Below the pieces are notes generated by a model. That model worked only from the letters and a program-made list of their open reading frames with translations, was not told the DNA's origin and ran no database searches. The translations under genes and the position numbers were made by a program. Below are positions 1 to 9,193 of a stretch of DNA of 64,000 nucleotides, piece after piece (the first letter of the stretch is position 1; each line of letters begins with the position of its first letter). The stretch is taken from positions 1-64,000 of the IMG/VR virus record IMGVR_UViG_3300031606_000339, one strand, 5' to 3'. The DNA comes from a virus (Duplodnaviria; Caudoviricetes).

Positions 1-539
1 ACCCGATGAACCCCCTTGCGCGTTATTATTTGGCTGATTTCCGTTACCCGATGAACCCCCTTGCGCGTTATTATTTGGCTGATTTCCGTTACCCGATGAA
101 CCCCCTTGCGCGTTATTATTTGGCTGACGCCCGAACGGAAAACTCACCCTTCCGTAAGCTGAACGAGGTAATCTCAAATTAATTCTTTGGTAACGTGCTG
201 AACCCTGCCCCGATGCAGTGGCGGGAATCATTCGACTTACCCGTCTGCCATAAGCATAACCATTATTAATCCTTCGTTGCGTCCTCCCGCCCGTATTATT
301 TGGCTGATTTCCGTTACCCGATGAACCCCCTTGCGCGTTATTATTTGGCTGATTTCCGTTACCCGATGAACCCCCTTGCGCGTTATTATTTGGCTGATTT
401 CCGTTACCAGATGAACCCCCTTGCGCGTTATTATTTGGCAAATTTCCGTTACCAGATGAACCCCCTTGCGCGTTATTATTTGGCAAATTTCCGTTACCAG
501 ATGAACCCCCTTGCGCGTTATTATTTGGCTGATTTCCGT
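1..539. repeat. 45-bp coding tandem repeat in two blocks (1-127, about 2.8 copies; about 293-539, about 5.5 copies)
   Basis: Unit acccgatgaacccccttgcgcgttattatttggctgatttccgtt, head-to-tail with no spacers; 45 nt = 15 codons. Confidence 0.95.
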
Positions 540-603
540 AGGTTTGAGCATATAAAGCGTTTGCGCCCATCGCAAATGCTAATAGTAGGAGTCCCTTTTT
601 CAT
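1..603 (-). CDS. Secreted Asn/Gln/Gly/Ser-rich tandem-repeat protein, 3' end beyond window (not in the ORF track)
   Basis: Manual translation from ATG at 603: MKKGLLLLAFAMGANALYA|QTYG (Sec-type signal), then repeats of NQPNNNAQGGSSGNG, an Arg-rich unique block, then more repeats. No stop codon down to position 1. Confidence 0.85.
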   Translation of the reverse strand, partial: MKKGLLLLAFAMGANALYAQTYGNQPNNNAQGGSSGNGNLPNNNAQGGSSGNGNLPNNNAQGGSSGNGNQPNNNAQGGSSGNGNQPNNNAQGGSSGNGNQPNNTGGRTQRRINNGYAYGRRVSRMIPATASGQGSARYQRINLRLPRSAYGRVSFPFGRQPNNNAQGGSSGNGNQPNNNAQGGSSGNGNQPNNNAQGGSSG

Positions 604-640
604 AATGATTAAGACGCTAAAAATGTAATTATACTTCGCA

Positions 641-1105
641 TTATTGTTCGATGTTAAGATATATCTCTACTTCTCGTCTGCTTGCTTTCAAGAGAAGGTT
701 GTCGTGTTGATTTACATAAATGCTTGTGCCGTGCACAGATAAGCGAAAGAAGGCTGATACCGCTTCTGAGCCGTGGTTTATCCATTCAGGGCTTCGTACA
801 GTTGAACCCTCAAAACGGCCAAGGACATTCAAGTCTTTTATTTTATATATCCTTCCAGCCACAGGGCTCCCCACATGGTCGCTGCTAATGGAGTCGTCAA
901 TCAACAGGCAATGTGGCGGTAAAGGAAGGGGTAGCGGAGTCGGAGGCAAGACGCCAAAGGGCTGGAACTTCTCTGCCAAAGCTGAGTTCTCGTTAACGTC
1001 CATCTCGTTTAAGTCATTTGACACAGCGATGTCAGCGTTATTCTCCTTCAAGAAGAAGATTGTGAACTCTGAGCCGTCTTTAGGCAGTAATTTGCTTTTC
1101 TTCAT
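641..1105 (-). CDS. Hypothetical protein
   Basis: 154-aa ORF in the run of - strand genes. Confidence 0.6.
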   Translation of the reverse strand: MKKSKLLPKDGSEFTIFFLKENNADIAVSNDLNEMDVNENSALAEKFQPFGVLPPTPLPLPLPPHCLLIDDSISSDHVGSPVAGRIYKIKDLNVLGRFEGSTVRSPEWINHGSEAVSAFFRLSVHGTSIYVNQHDNLLLKASRREVEIYLNIEQ

Positions 1106-1457
1106 TTTTAAAATCCTCCTGTCTTGAATTAGCTTTAATGTATAAATTGTCTGGAGCCACAGTAAAGTATTTGAACAGCGCGGGACAAAGCCAAGCGTCT
1201 TGACCAGAAGCCGCCTCTTTGTACCAAGTTCCTCCTTCTACTTCTCCGCTACCGCTGCTTCTCGTTAAATGAAAATCAAATTCCGGTAAGCCGCTGTCCG
1301 TAAAGATTAAATTAAAGTTGCCGTACTTCTGAAACAATACAGAGCAGAGCATATCTGCGCCGCAGACTAATGGTTCCGCGTAGAGTTGTCTGGCTGAGTC
1401 GTCGAAGACCCATTGCCCGTTTACCGTGTAGGGTGATATTGCGTATATTGCGTTCAT
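1080..1457 (-). CDS. DUF6717-like protein
   Basis: Pattern I.PY...G.WVFDD...L..EP.V.GAD and WLCPAL.KYF...P..LY recalled for this family. Confidence 0.65.
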   Translation of the reverse strand: MNAIYAISPYTVNGQWVFDDSARQLYAEPLVCGADMLCSVLFQKYGNFNLIFTDSGLPEFDFHLTRSSGSGEVEGGTWYKEAASGQDAWLCPALFKYFTVAPDNLYIKANSRQEDFKNEEKQITA

Positions 1458-1491
1458 AATTTATCCTTTTGTTCTGTCTAGCGTCGTTTAC

Positions 1492-1632
1492 CTATATAAT
1501 ATTAAATAATTTAAGAAGAATGACTACCTGCAAAGTTAATGTGCAAAGACCCAGTAAGGTTCTTAGTAACTCCATTAAGTGATTGCATCTGTCTAGTTCC
1601 CTTTCGGTCTTTTGTAGCCAGCCTCTTACCAT
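1492..1632 (-). CDS. Small membrane protein (46 aa, not in the ORF track)
   Basis: MVRGWLQKTERELDRCNHLMELLRTLLGLCTLTLQVVILLKLFNII; directly follows a sigma70-like promoter. Confidence 0.6.
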   Translation of the reverse strand: MVRGWLQKTERELDRCNHLMELLRTLLGLCTLTLQVVILLKLFNII

Positions 1633-1638
1633 GTCTTT

Positions 1639-1667
1639 AATATAGGATATTTCTTAATAAAGGTCAA
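1639..1667 (-). promoter_or_regulatory. Sigma70-type promoter
   Basis: TTGACC-17 nt-TATATT, with ATG 7 nt downstream. Confidence 0.65.
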
Positions 1668-1668
1668 G

Positions 1669-2232
1669 CTAATTATCGTTTAATTCTCTTAGCCTTTTTC
1701 GGTACTCAAAGGTTGCCTCTTGATCATAAAGATACTGAATTAGATTTTTTTTGTCGATGGAATACCCTCTTTTTAGGAATTTGCGTAACCGTCTAACATT
1801 AGTGATAACCCACCTATCTGACTGCTCGCTTCTTATAAGTTTTTTTTCTTTTAGATGTTCAAAAAAATCTACATGATGAAAGAAGTTAAGCTCGGAATCT
1901 AGCGCAGCCGAGCAGACAGTGTAGTCAAAATTATCTATGCATTCTTGTGGGTTGTTTTCGGCTATCATTAAACCGTAAAGCTCATTAGCACCTCTTCCAA
2001 GCGTATAATGGTTTGGGTGTTTTTTTAGAATAGTAAACCCATTGCCAATAAGGAGGTTCTTAGCTTTTAATTGATCGCTAGAAGTTTTTAGAAAAAGATC
2101 TATATCATTGCGTTCTTCATTAAGAAAAAAATCTCTTATCGATCCACCAGCTATCCAACAATATATATCTAAATCGCGAAACTGGCTAAGATACTCATCA
2201 AAGTAGGTTTTTAATTCTTCAACACTCTTCAT
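1669..2232 (-). CDS. Nucleotidyltransferase (poly(A) polymerase / CCA-adding head domain-like)
   Basis: IAGGSIRD...DIDLF and FDYTV motifs. Confidence 0.75.
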   Translation of the reverse strand: MKSVEELKTYFDEYLSQFRDLDIYCWIAGGSIRDFFLNEERNDIDLFLKTSSDQLKAKNLLIGNGFTILKKHPNHYTLGRGANELYGLMIAENNPQECIDNFDYTVCSAALDSELNFFHHVDFFEHLKEKKLIRSEQSDRWVITNVRRLRKFLKRGYSIDKKNLIQYLYDQEATFEYRKRLRELNDN

Positions 2233-2840
2233 AATATTTTATTCATGAAAGAGCGCATCTGCCAGTGCGGTCTTACTTCTTTATCATCTTGAACTTGAAT
2301 TGCCATCATGGGATTAATTAGATACATTTTAAAATCATTTAGAAAATAAAAAACATCTATCTGTCCCTTTGAGTGTCCCCTGAAGGTCGAGTCGTCACCT
2401 TTAAAGGCTAGTATTTTGTCAAATGCGTTCCCATTAATAGCGTAAGCGTGGGTGAACCATAGTTTTACAGAGCATAAATTTTCTTCTATATCTTCGAGTT
2501 TTTCTTCTATTTTTCCCCCTAGATAAAAAAGCTCCCAATCATGTTTTTTAAGGTTTTCTAATGAATCTAATAAGTGCTTCATGTCCCCGCTAAGCATACA
2601 AAAGTCATCTTCAAATATAAATATATTTTTTACTCCTTCGCCTTTTGCTTTTCTAACGCACAATTGGTGAGATAGGAAGCAGCCAGTAATGTTCTTGCCA
2701 TTTTTGACTCCCTGAATGCGTTCCGTCCTGTCGTAAATACCTAGTAGCTTTAATTGCTTAACAGCCATTTTCCAGCGGAAGCTGTTCTCATCCATGCTTA
2801 TGCAGTAGATTCTATCAAAAAAATCAAATGGATTGTTCAT
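2229..2840 (-). CDS. Glycosyltransferase, GT25-like
   Basis: IYCISM..R, GCFLSH, IFEDD and THAYAI motifs. Confidence 0.8.
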   Translation of the reverse strand: MNNPFDFFDRIYCISMDENSFRWKMAVKQLKLLGIYDRTERIQGVKNGKNITGCFLSHQLCVRKAKGEGVKNIFIFEDDFCMLSGDMKHLLDSLENLKKHDWELFYLGGKIEEKLEDIEENLCSVKLWFTHAYAINGNAFDKILAFKGDDSTFRGHSKGQIDVFYFLNDFKMYLINPMMAIQVQDDKEVRPHWQMRSFMNKIL

Positions 2841-3574
2841 ACCTTGTAGTCTATTGTTATGAAATCTTTATGTATAAAATAAGCTTCATGAAGAATTCTG
2901 TTATATGGATTATCAACCCTAATATATCCATTGTCTTTTATTAGATTCGTAAGTTCCCTGAAGGTGGTTGCACCCATCTCAATAGACATGGCTTTGAATT
3001 TGTAGCGATCAAAGGGAAATACTTTCAAGATCTCAAGCTCTGATCTTTCGACATCTAAAGCGAGATAATCAATTAGAGCGGGAGCTTTGTGTTCATCTAG
3101 GACTTGGGCAAGCGTGGTCGTTTTTATTAAGAAGGACTCATGAGCGTCAGTGTCTGGGTTGGCATACCTCCTTCGGGTCTTGCTAAAGTTTTTCTTTATA
3201 CCACTGCATCCTTTGTATTCTTCGTATTCAATGAATTCTGTTTCTCCTTTAACTGAGTCGAGGCACGCGTTAATGCATTTGTCCCGTGGGCGATTTTCTA
3301 CACACTGTCTATAAAGTGCGGGAATGGGTTCAATTAGAATCCCGCTCCATTCGTAACCCCTCTCTAGTAAGTAGGTACAACCATATGCTCCGTTGTTCGC
3401 CCCACATTCTACATAAAATCCACCCGTCGCACCCTTGAACACCTCTTCTATAATCCAGACGTCATTGTGGGTTGGAACATTTTTAGAAAACTCAGAAACT
3501 CCGTCGATCCATAATGAAGGCTTAACACGTTCTGGCGGAATGTCCCAATCCCTTCTTCTGCTCATGTAATTCAT
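2837..3574 (-). CDS. FkbM-family methyltransferase
   Basis: FYVECGANNG, WSGILIEP and IDYLALDVE motifs. Confidence 0.85.
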   Translation of the reverse strand: MNYMSRRRDWDIPPERVKPSLWIDGVSEFSKNVPTHNDVWIIEEVFKGATGGFYVECGANNGAYGCTYLLERGYEWSGILIEPIPALYRQCVENRPRDKCINACLDSVKGETEFIEYEEYKGCSGIKKNFSKTRRRYANPDTDAHESFLIKTTTLAQVLDEHKAPALIDYLALDVERSELEILKVFPFDRYKFKAMSIEMGATTFRELTNLIKDNGYIRVDNPYNRILHEAYFIHKDFITIDYKV

Positions 3575-3627
3575 AAGGATTTATATATAAATCTTCTGGG
3601 CAATCCTTTGGTAGCTCTATCGCGCTT

Positions 3628-3804
3628 TTATTTGGTCGGTTTAGATTTGCGTTTTTTTGTCAGCTTAGATTTGTCTTCTTCGCCGTATTTCTCGCAAATC
3701 TTTTCCCAATCGCTAGTTTTATCCCCATATTTATAGGGGTTATGCGGATTCACTTTGTGGAGCGGCTTAATCGCGTATTGATGTTGGATGCTATTCGTCT
3801 TCAT
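3628..3804 (-). CDS. Small hypothetical protein
   Basis: Start moved to MKTNSIQHQ, immediately after the guaC stop. Confidence 0.55.
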   Translation of the reverse strand: MKTNSIQHQYAIKPLHKVNPHNPYKYGDKTSDWEKICEKYGEEDKSKLTKKRKSKPTK

Positions 3805-3805
3805 T

Positions 3806-4963
3806 TTAATTCCTTCCAAAAACTTCGTTGGATTGTTGAGTGACCCGCACAAACGTGGCGCATTTAGGCATATCTTTTAAGTCTCTTGCGCCGATATAAG
3901 TACAGGTTGAACGCAATCCACCCAGAATGCTTTCGACGGTATTTTTAATGAATCCACGATGTTTTATCCTTATTGTTTTTCCCTCTGAGGAACGATACTT
4001 CGCGACACCTCCATGATATTTGTTCATAGCTGTGTCGGAACTCATGCCGTAAAATGTTTTATATTTCTCTCCGTTTACTTCTTCCTCTTGTCCTTCTGAT
4101 TCAGTATGACCTGCCAGCATCCCGCCCAACATAACAAAATCAGCACCAGCACAAAAGGCTTTGGCCACGTCGCCAGCACATACGCACCCACCGTCAGCCA
4201 TAATATGCCCACCAATCCCATGAGCAGCATCCGCGCATTCAATGACTGCGCTGAGTTGAGGGTAACCAACACCAGTTTGAATACGAGTAGTACAGACAGA
4301 CCCGCCGCCAATACCCACTTTAACAATATCTGCTCCACTTAATAATATCTCCTCTGTCATTTCGCCAGTGACAACATTACCCGCAATGATAATAAGCGCG
4401 GGGTGTTCGTCTCTGACTCGTTTAATAAAATCACAAAACCTTGATGTATATCCATTGGCTGCATCAATACATACAAATCTATTCCAATGAAAATTCCATT
4501 GAATGTCTCTGAGGTAATCTACATCATCATAATTATTTGGGTCATACTTGATGCCAATAGAAGGACAGAGATGGTCGTAAATTCTAGTTTGCCAATTCTT
4601 TGCTCCTCGTTCGTATTTCCAGTTCTTAGAGTTAGCTTCCTTGCTTTCTTGCGTTTTGAAAACCCCGTAGCCATCCAGCTTATGTAACCATCTCTTTGCG
4701 TCGTTGTGCTTGCTAATGCAAGTCAACATATGATGTTGAGCAAGAGCCTTGGCCGTTTCAAACGTGCCAACAGTATCCATGTTTGAGGCAACGATCGGAA
4801 CGCCTGTCCACCCGTAGGACTCGGGGTCAGAGCCTTCGCCACCAGCATTCTTAAATTTAAAAGTACGCATCAAGTTAACATCCTTACGGGAAGTCAACTC
4901 GGAACGCTTGGGGCGTAAGAGAACGTCCTTGTAGTCTAACTTTATTTCTGGTTCAATTCTCAT
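3806..4963 (-). CDS. guaC: GMP reductase
   Basis: [46 protein letters not shown] and GGLRSTCTY motifs. Confidence 0.93.
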   Translation of the reverse strand: MRIEPEIKLDYKDVLLRPKRSELTSRKDVNLMRTFKFKNAGGEGSDPESYGWTGVPIVASNMDTVGTFETAKALAQHHMLTCISKHNDAKRWLHKLDGYGVFKTQESKEANSKNWKYERGAKNWQTRIYDHLCPSIGIKYDPNNYDDVDYLRDIQWNFHWNRFVCIDAANGYTSRFCDFIKRVRDEHPALIIIAGNVVTGEMTEEILLSGADIVKVGIGGGSVCTTRIQTGVGYPQLSAVIECADAAHGIGGHIMADGGCVCAGDVAKAFCAGADFVMLGGMLAGHTESEGQEEEVNGEKYKTFYGMSSDTAMNKYHGGVAKYRSSEGKTIRIKHRGFIKNTVESILGGLRSTCTYIGARDLKDMPKCATFVRVTQQSNEVFGRN

Positions 4964-5268
4964 CCCTTCCAATTTTTTTGCGGCTGTTCTAGGTCGCTGT
5001 CCTTTGTATAGTCTACAAAAATTTCTTCGCCCCGCTTTATTTCTCTTATACTAAATAGCTGCTTGTACCTTACTCCGAATTCATTTTCTATAGTTTTTAT
5101 TTTGCAATTTTCATTCATAATTGAATGATTATACAAACAGTTTGGCGTTATATTTATCCAACCCCAGTCCCTATAAGCATGAGTAATATGAATAAAGGTT
5201 TTCGAGGGGATGTTCTCCGTAGCTATTAAGCCACTCTTGTCGCAAGAGCTTTTATCGTATTTGACCAT
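4960..5268 (-). CDS. SET-domain protein
   Basis: GLIAT..I, YNHS...N and I..GEEI.VDY SET signatures. Confidence 0.75.
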   Translation of the reverse strand: MVKYDKSSCDKSGLIATENIPSKTFIHITHAYRDWGWINITPNCLYNHSIMNENCKIKTIENEFGVRYKQLFSIREIKRGEEIFVDYTKDSDLEQPQKNWKG

Positions 5269-5938
5269 TGTTTATTGAATTGGTTCTGCTTTGGCCACCC
5301 GATAGACTCGGACGAAACACAGGAGGGTTTACCAATCTATTGGGGTTGATTCTAAAAGTACGATAATAAAAATTAGTTGGCTTTGAGATGTCTTTACGCA
5401 TAAATACTACGCCATAATCCATTACGGTATAGGTAACCGGATAATCAAAAGACATAACGCATATATCCAAAACCTGCTTTAAGGTGATGTTGTGAAGAGG
5501 TACAGATAAACCCTTAATTTTAATCTGCTGCCTATTTCCTACGGCTAACGGGGCGGGAAGGAACAAGCCCAGCATTGGCGGCACTCCCAAGCCCGGAAGA
5601 GCACCATTAGGTTGCGGGGTCTGAGGAATCTCATTTCTCATATTAGGCTGCTGTGGCAGTCCCGTTATTGGGTCAACTCCAACCTGAGGAACGGCTGGAG
5701 TAACCTGCGCGGGTTTATTTATATTTTGATTAAATATAAAGTTTATACCCTTCCCTTTGCTATCAAGAGATAGCCTATACAAAATAGGCATAACTTCCTC
5801 AATGGTGAAGTGGTTAAGCGGTTCTAGCTTCTCTACTAAAGTAGAATCGAGTCTACTCCGCACTTCTTTTGACGTTTGGGGAGATGCGCCCATCATAGGG
5901 ACTACCAACAGCAGCGAAATAATTATATTCTTCTTCAT
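5252..5938 (-). CDS. Exported protein resembling the N-terminal periplasmic part of a secretin (no beta-barrel)
   Basis: Signal peptide; GINFI, Pro-rich DPITGLP linker, ITLKQVLD, YTVMDYGVVF and YRTFRINPN, recalled from Verrucomicrobia-type secretin N-termini. Confidence 0.5.
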   Translation of the reverse strand: MKKNIIISLLLVVPMMGASPQTSKEVRSRLDSTLVEKLEPLNHFTIEEVMPILYRLSLDSKGKGINFIFNQNINKPAQVTPAVPQVGVDPITGLPQQPNMRNEIPQTPQPNGALPGLGVPPMLGLFLPAPLAVGNRQQIKIKGLSVPLHNITLKQVLDICVMSFDYPVTYTVMDYGVVFMRKDISKPTNFYYRTFRINPNRLVNPPVFRPSLSGGQSRTNSINNGQIR

Positions 5939-5944
5939 AACTTT

Positions 5945-5973
5945 ATTAAAAGAGAATTCTATTTGTCAGTCAA
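5945..5973 (-). promoter_or_regulatory. Sigma70-type promoter
   Basis: TTGACT-17 nt-TTTAAT, with ATG of 5938 seven nt downstream. Confidence 0.55.
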
Positions 5974-5996
5974 GCGTTATTTTCGAAAAACCTCTA

Positions 5997-6260
5997 TCAC
6001 TTGGCGCGCGATTTCAGTTCCTTTTTCAATTTAATTATTTCACGCCTTAACCCCAGCTCAGACACCAAAGCTCGTAAGAGATTCTTGCTCATCTTTCTCC
6101 ACTCTGGAAGAAAGTCATCCTCAAAACTTATCATCCCATCATTCTCTAATGACTTAACATACATTATTCCCTCATTGTAGGAGCCTCTGAACGCCTCTTC
6201 GTCATCTATGACTATGACATAAGTAGAAGGTTTCGTGCTGTGGTCAAAATACTTTTTCAC
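5997..6260 (-). CDS. Hypothetical protein
   Basis: ORF track; tightly packed with neighbours. Confidence 0.6.
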   Translation of the reverse strand: MKKYFDHSTKPSTYVIVIDDEEAFRGSYNEGIMYVKSLENDGMISFEDDFLPEWRKMSKNLLRALVSELGLRREIIKLKKELKSRAK

Positions 6261-6460
6261 CGCAATATCCTATACTTCCAAATCTTCTCACTCTTTTTAT
6301 CTGTATAAAGAAACAAAATCTGATCCCGCCCCTCTGCTGGATTATAATATTTTATCCACTCAATATTGAACGGACTTTTGCCGCTTTTATAGAGGTCTGC
6401 CGTGTCCCAAGAGCCGTCTAGCTTCTTGGTCGGTTTGCGTTTGGATTTTTTCTTTCCCAT
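6257..6460 (-). CDS. Hypothetical basic protein
   Basis: ORF track; overlapping stop/start. Confidence 0.55.
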   Translation of the reverse strand: MGKKKSKRKPTKKLDGSWDTADLYKSGKSPFNIEWIKYYNPAEGRDQILFLYTDKKSEKIWKYRILR

Positions 6461-6464
6461 ATAA

Positions 6465-7130
6465 TTATTCGTCTTTCGTTTTTTTGTAAGTTATTTTTGT
6501 ACCCCCACGCGTAACCACCTTGAATCCACGCTTTATCAATACATTATCAATTATTGAATGATTATACATGCCGACATCATCATAAACAATAAACCCGCCA
6601 ACGGATACGCGTGGAATAAAAAATTCTGTTACAGCTATAACAGGAAGAGTCTTGTGCGAACCATCAACATGTATTAGCGCGTAGGTGTTTATGAGCTTCT
6701 TTTTTCGCCATCCTAGCGGGTTGTTTGTTTGTCGTCCGTCTTGGTTATGGTCTGCCTTTTGACTCTGCCCCACCGACTTTTTGTTTGAGTCGTGTTCATA
6801 GACGGTAATCCCGTCTGGATATTGTGCCATAAATTCCGCATCATCAAGCAAAAAATGCCTATAAAACATATTGTTTTCTAAACAGTAACTATACATATTT
6901 GCCAAAAACTCAGCCATCATCTGATCAGAATAATGAGTGCCTCCGTACGGATCGATTCCTATAAAATATCTATGATCTTTGTTTTGCGCGCAAGCCTGCA
7001 TCATTTCATAGATTCCTCTGCCAAGGCGAGTGCCTATTTCTAGAACCAACCCCTCTACCCCCCTTATTTGAGAAGCAGCCTGCTTAAGCTGCTCGTATTC
7101 CTTGCTGTCTCCTTCGAATTTAACATTCAT
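6465..7130 (-). CDS. Class I SAM methyltransferase (Methyltransf_24-like)
   Basis: VLEIGT..G, GIDPY, IHVDGSH and GGFIVYDD motifs. Confidence 0.8.
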   Translation of the reverse strand: MNVKFEGDSKEYEQLKQAASQIRGVEGLVLEIGTRLGRGIYEMMQACAQNKDHRYFIGIDPYGGTHYSDQMMAEFLANMYSYCLENNMFYRHFLLDDAEFMAQYPDGITVYEHDSNKKSVGQSQKADHNQDGRQTNNPLGWRKKKLINTYALIHVDGSHKTLPVIAVTEFFIPRVSVGGFIVYDDVGMYNHSIIDNVLIKRGFKVVTRGGTKITYKKTKDE

Positions 7131-7161
7131 ATTAAGTTATCCGTCTTTATGGTACATTTTT

Positions 7162-7383
7162 TTAATTTTTAATCAAGCCCAATAAGCAAAACGCCGCGAT
7201 AACAAAAGACATAACTGCTGTGGAGCGCGCGCGCTTGTGTATTGAATAAGCTCCCACAAGACAATTGCCAATCACCCAGACACCCCAATGATGACCCAAG
7301 GCGTTCGAGTTAAGATAATACCCAAAAATAACGAGCAAAGCTCCCGCGTACCCCGCCAACTCCCAAGTTTTTTCATAATTCAT
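7162..7383 (-). CDS. Small three-helix membrane protein
   Basis: Three hydrophobic segments; W..GN pattern. Confidence 0.65.
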   Translation of the reverse strand: MNYEKTWELAGYAGALLVIFGYYLNSNALGHHWGVWVIGNCLVGAYSIHKRARSTAVMSFVIAAFCLLGLIKN

Positions 7384-8153
7384 ATCGTCGCCACGCCCCT
7401 CTTCTGAACTACCTCACACGCGCATTCATTAGCGAATTTTATCGCCGCCTCTACGTCTCCAATTTTCATTGTCGCGACTGCTAACGCCGCCATGAAAGTG
7501 TCTCCCGCTCCAGACAAGTCCTGAGTAATAGCTCGTTGTGGCGGGGGATATGTTTTCCCCATGTATTTGCACCCCTTGTGTCCCAGTGTAACTACTATTT
7601 GGTCTGGTCTAGTGTAGCTTATATCTTGGCATGATCTAGACTCCAGCAAGTGGTCTTTAATGTGCGGGTTAATTTCTAGCTCTTGCTCGTTTATTTTTAG
7701 GAACCTTAAATTGATGGGAAGGTCTGTTGTCATTTTGACCTTGTTACTATCTAAGAAAACATTGTTATGATACAGGCAGATGCTCCTAACGTCTGACAAG
7801 CCGTTCACGAATCCTTTCCCATAATCCGAAACAAGAATTGCGTCATATTTTTTGTAATCCACGTCTCGATAGTTAAATTTTTCTTCTGTCGTGTCGTCTT
7901 CATCTACTCGTAGTAGCATTTGGTTGGTCTTTATGTCTACGTAGCGAGTTTTAAATATCTCATTAGAGTGCGTGATTATGTCACACTTTACGTCCAGAGC
8001 CTCCACGTTAGCCTTTACGTTTGCGGCCATTCCTCCGTTTCTGGTTTCTTTTACGGGTTCGAAAACAGGGACGGGAGCCTCTGGGCATATCCTTTCGCAT
8101 TTGCCGTAAATAAATATGTCCGTACAGCTATCGCCTATCACTAAAAATTTCAT
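7380..8153 (-). CDS. PfkB-family sugar kinase (HldE/RfaE domain I-like)
   Basis: VIGD..D...G...RICPEAPVPV, GMAANV, SDYGKG and DLSGAGDTF motifs. Confidence 0.85.
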   Translation of the reverse strand: MKFLVIGDSCTDIFIYGKCERICPEAPVPVFEPVKETRNGGMAANVKANVEALDVKCDIITHSNEIFKTRYVDIKTNQMLLRVDEDDTTEEKFNYRDVDYKKYDAILVSDYGKGFVNGLSDVRSICLYHNNVFLDSNKVKMTTDLPINLRFLKINEQELEINPHIKDHLLESRSCQDISYTRPDQIVVTLGHKGCKYMGKTYPPPQRAITQDLSGAGDTFMAALAVATMKIGDVEAAIKFANECACEVVQKRGVATI

Positions 8154-8755
8154 ATTAACCTCTGGCTCTCCTTACTGTCTGGAAAAATTTGCTTTTCAAA
8201 AGAATAAAACTTTTCGATGTCTTGAGTGTTTATTTTAAGCTCCCTCCTTATGTCCGAGGGTCTGCGATTCAGGAACTTATCAAATTCGACCTTAGATAAA
8301 TCTACGCCGCACTTGCTTCCCAGCATGACAGCAGAATTAAAAACATATCTTTCCTCTTCTCCAAATTTATATCCTTCAGGATACAAACGCTTGCAAATAA
8401 ACATAAATAAATTTCTTCTCCACCTAAACATCTTGCGTGATGTTCCCATAGTGTAGCCTATTACGAAAGCCTCGTCTTTGACTAACAAGCCTCTACCTAG
8501 TGTTACATGTATGCAATCATGAGTAAAGAGGTCAACATACCCAGCAAATAGTCCAATATCATATTTGGGGTTTTCCGCCAGCTTTATGATTAGGGGAACG
8601 TCCTCTTGCGAAAGTCTAAAGTCGTCCATGCTTCGCAAGCATTTTGAAAGGGTTGGATTTTCGCCTTGGGAAAGAGGTATGTGCCAATTATTTGCCTTCT
8701 CTTGGCTTTCTTTTTTTAGCTCAAGACTATGCTCAATGTATTCCCGTGGAGTCAT
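8150..8755 (-). CDS. Coq4-like HDxxH metalloprotein
   Basis: HDCIHVTLG...DEAFVIG metal-binding motif. Confidence 0.5.
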   Translation of the reverse strand: MTPREYIEHSLELKKESQEKANNWHIPLSQGENPTLSKCLRSMDDFRLSQEDVPLIIKLAENPKYDIGLFAGYVDLFTHDCIHVTLGRGLLVKDEAFVIGYTMGTSRKMFRWRRNLFMFICKRLYPEGYKFGEEERYVFNSAVMLGSKCGVDLSKVEFDKFLNRRPSDIRRELKINTQDIEKFYSFEKQIFPDSKESQRLI

Positions 8756-8945
8756 TGTTTAAGGAGGTGTAAAATTTTTCTATAACTGTCCTAGCCTTAT
8801 TTCTTCTCTGACAAGCTTCTGCCGCTTCAGACATGGAACTGGGAAAACTATTATGGCGTCTCCCCTTTTTAAACGCGTCCTTTACGTTCGGTAAAGAGCG
8901 AGCGTCTTCATACAGGAAGATATTCAGTGCTTCTTTAAGGTTCAT
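8733..8945 (-). CDS. Hypothetical protein
   Basis: ORF track; packed. Confidence 0.55.
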   Translation of the reverse strand: MNLKEALNIFLYEDARSLPNVKDAFKKGRRHNSFPSSMSEAAEACQRRNKARTVIEKFYTSLNNDSTGIH

Positions 8946-9193
8946 TTGTAGTTTTGGGTGTTTTTTTGCTTATTGATGGTATCACCTTTAAACATCCAGT
9001 CAATATATTTCCCTCTATTCTTGTGATAAGAATCGGAGTCTACTGGGCGCATTTCCTCTTTGACCTCTATGTAGCTTCCTTTGTGCTCTTCTGGCATGTC
9101 TTTTAAATATTTAAAAATAAAATCCACCAAGTGTTGATCGCCTTGACTGGTGGACTCTATAGCCTTAAGCAGCTTCTTGTCTAGCTCCGTCAT
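8942..9193 (-). CDS. Hypothetical protein
   Basis: ATGA overlap with the upstream gene gives the start at 9193. Confidence 0.55.
   Translation of the reverse strand: MTELDKKLLKAIESTSQGDQHLVDFIFKYLKDMPEEHKGSYIEVKEEMRPVDSDSYHKNRGKYIDWMFKGDTINKQKNTQNYK

Noticed and set aside
1-539. 45-bp repeats as a CRISPR array or iterons
   Set aside because: Head-to-tail with no spacers, length divisible by 3, and inside an open frame with a signal peptide.
237-605. ORF-track proteins 237-575(-) and 300-605(+)
   Set aside because: Shadow frames of the repeat; the frame starting at 603(-) has a signal peptide and stays open through the unique block.
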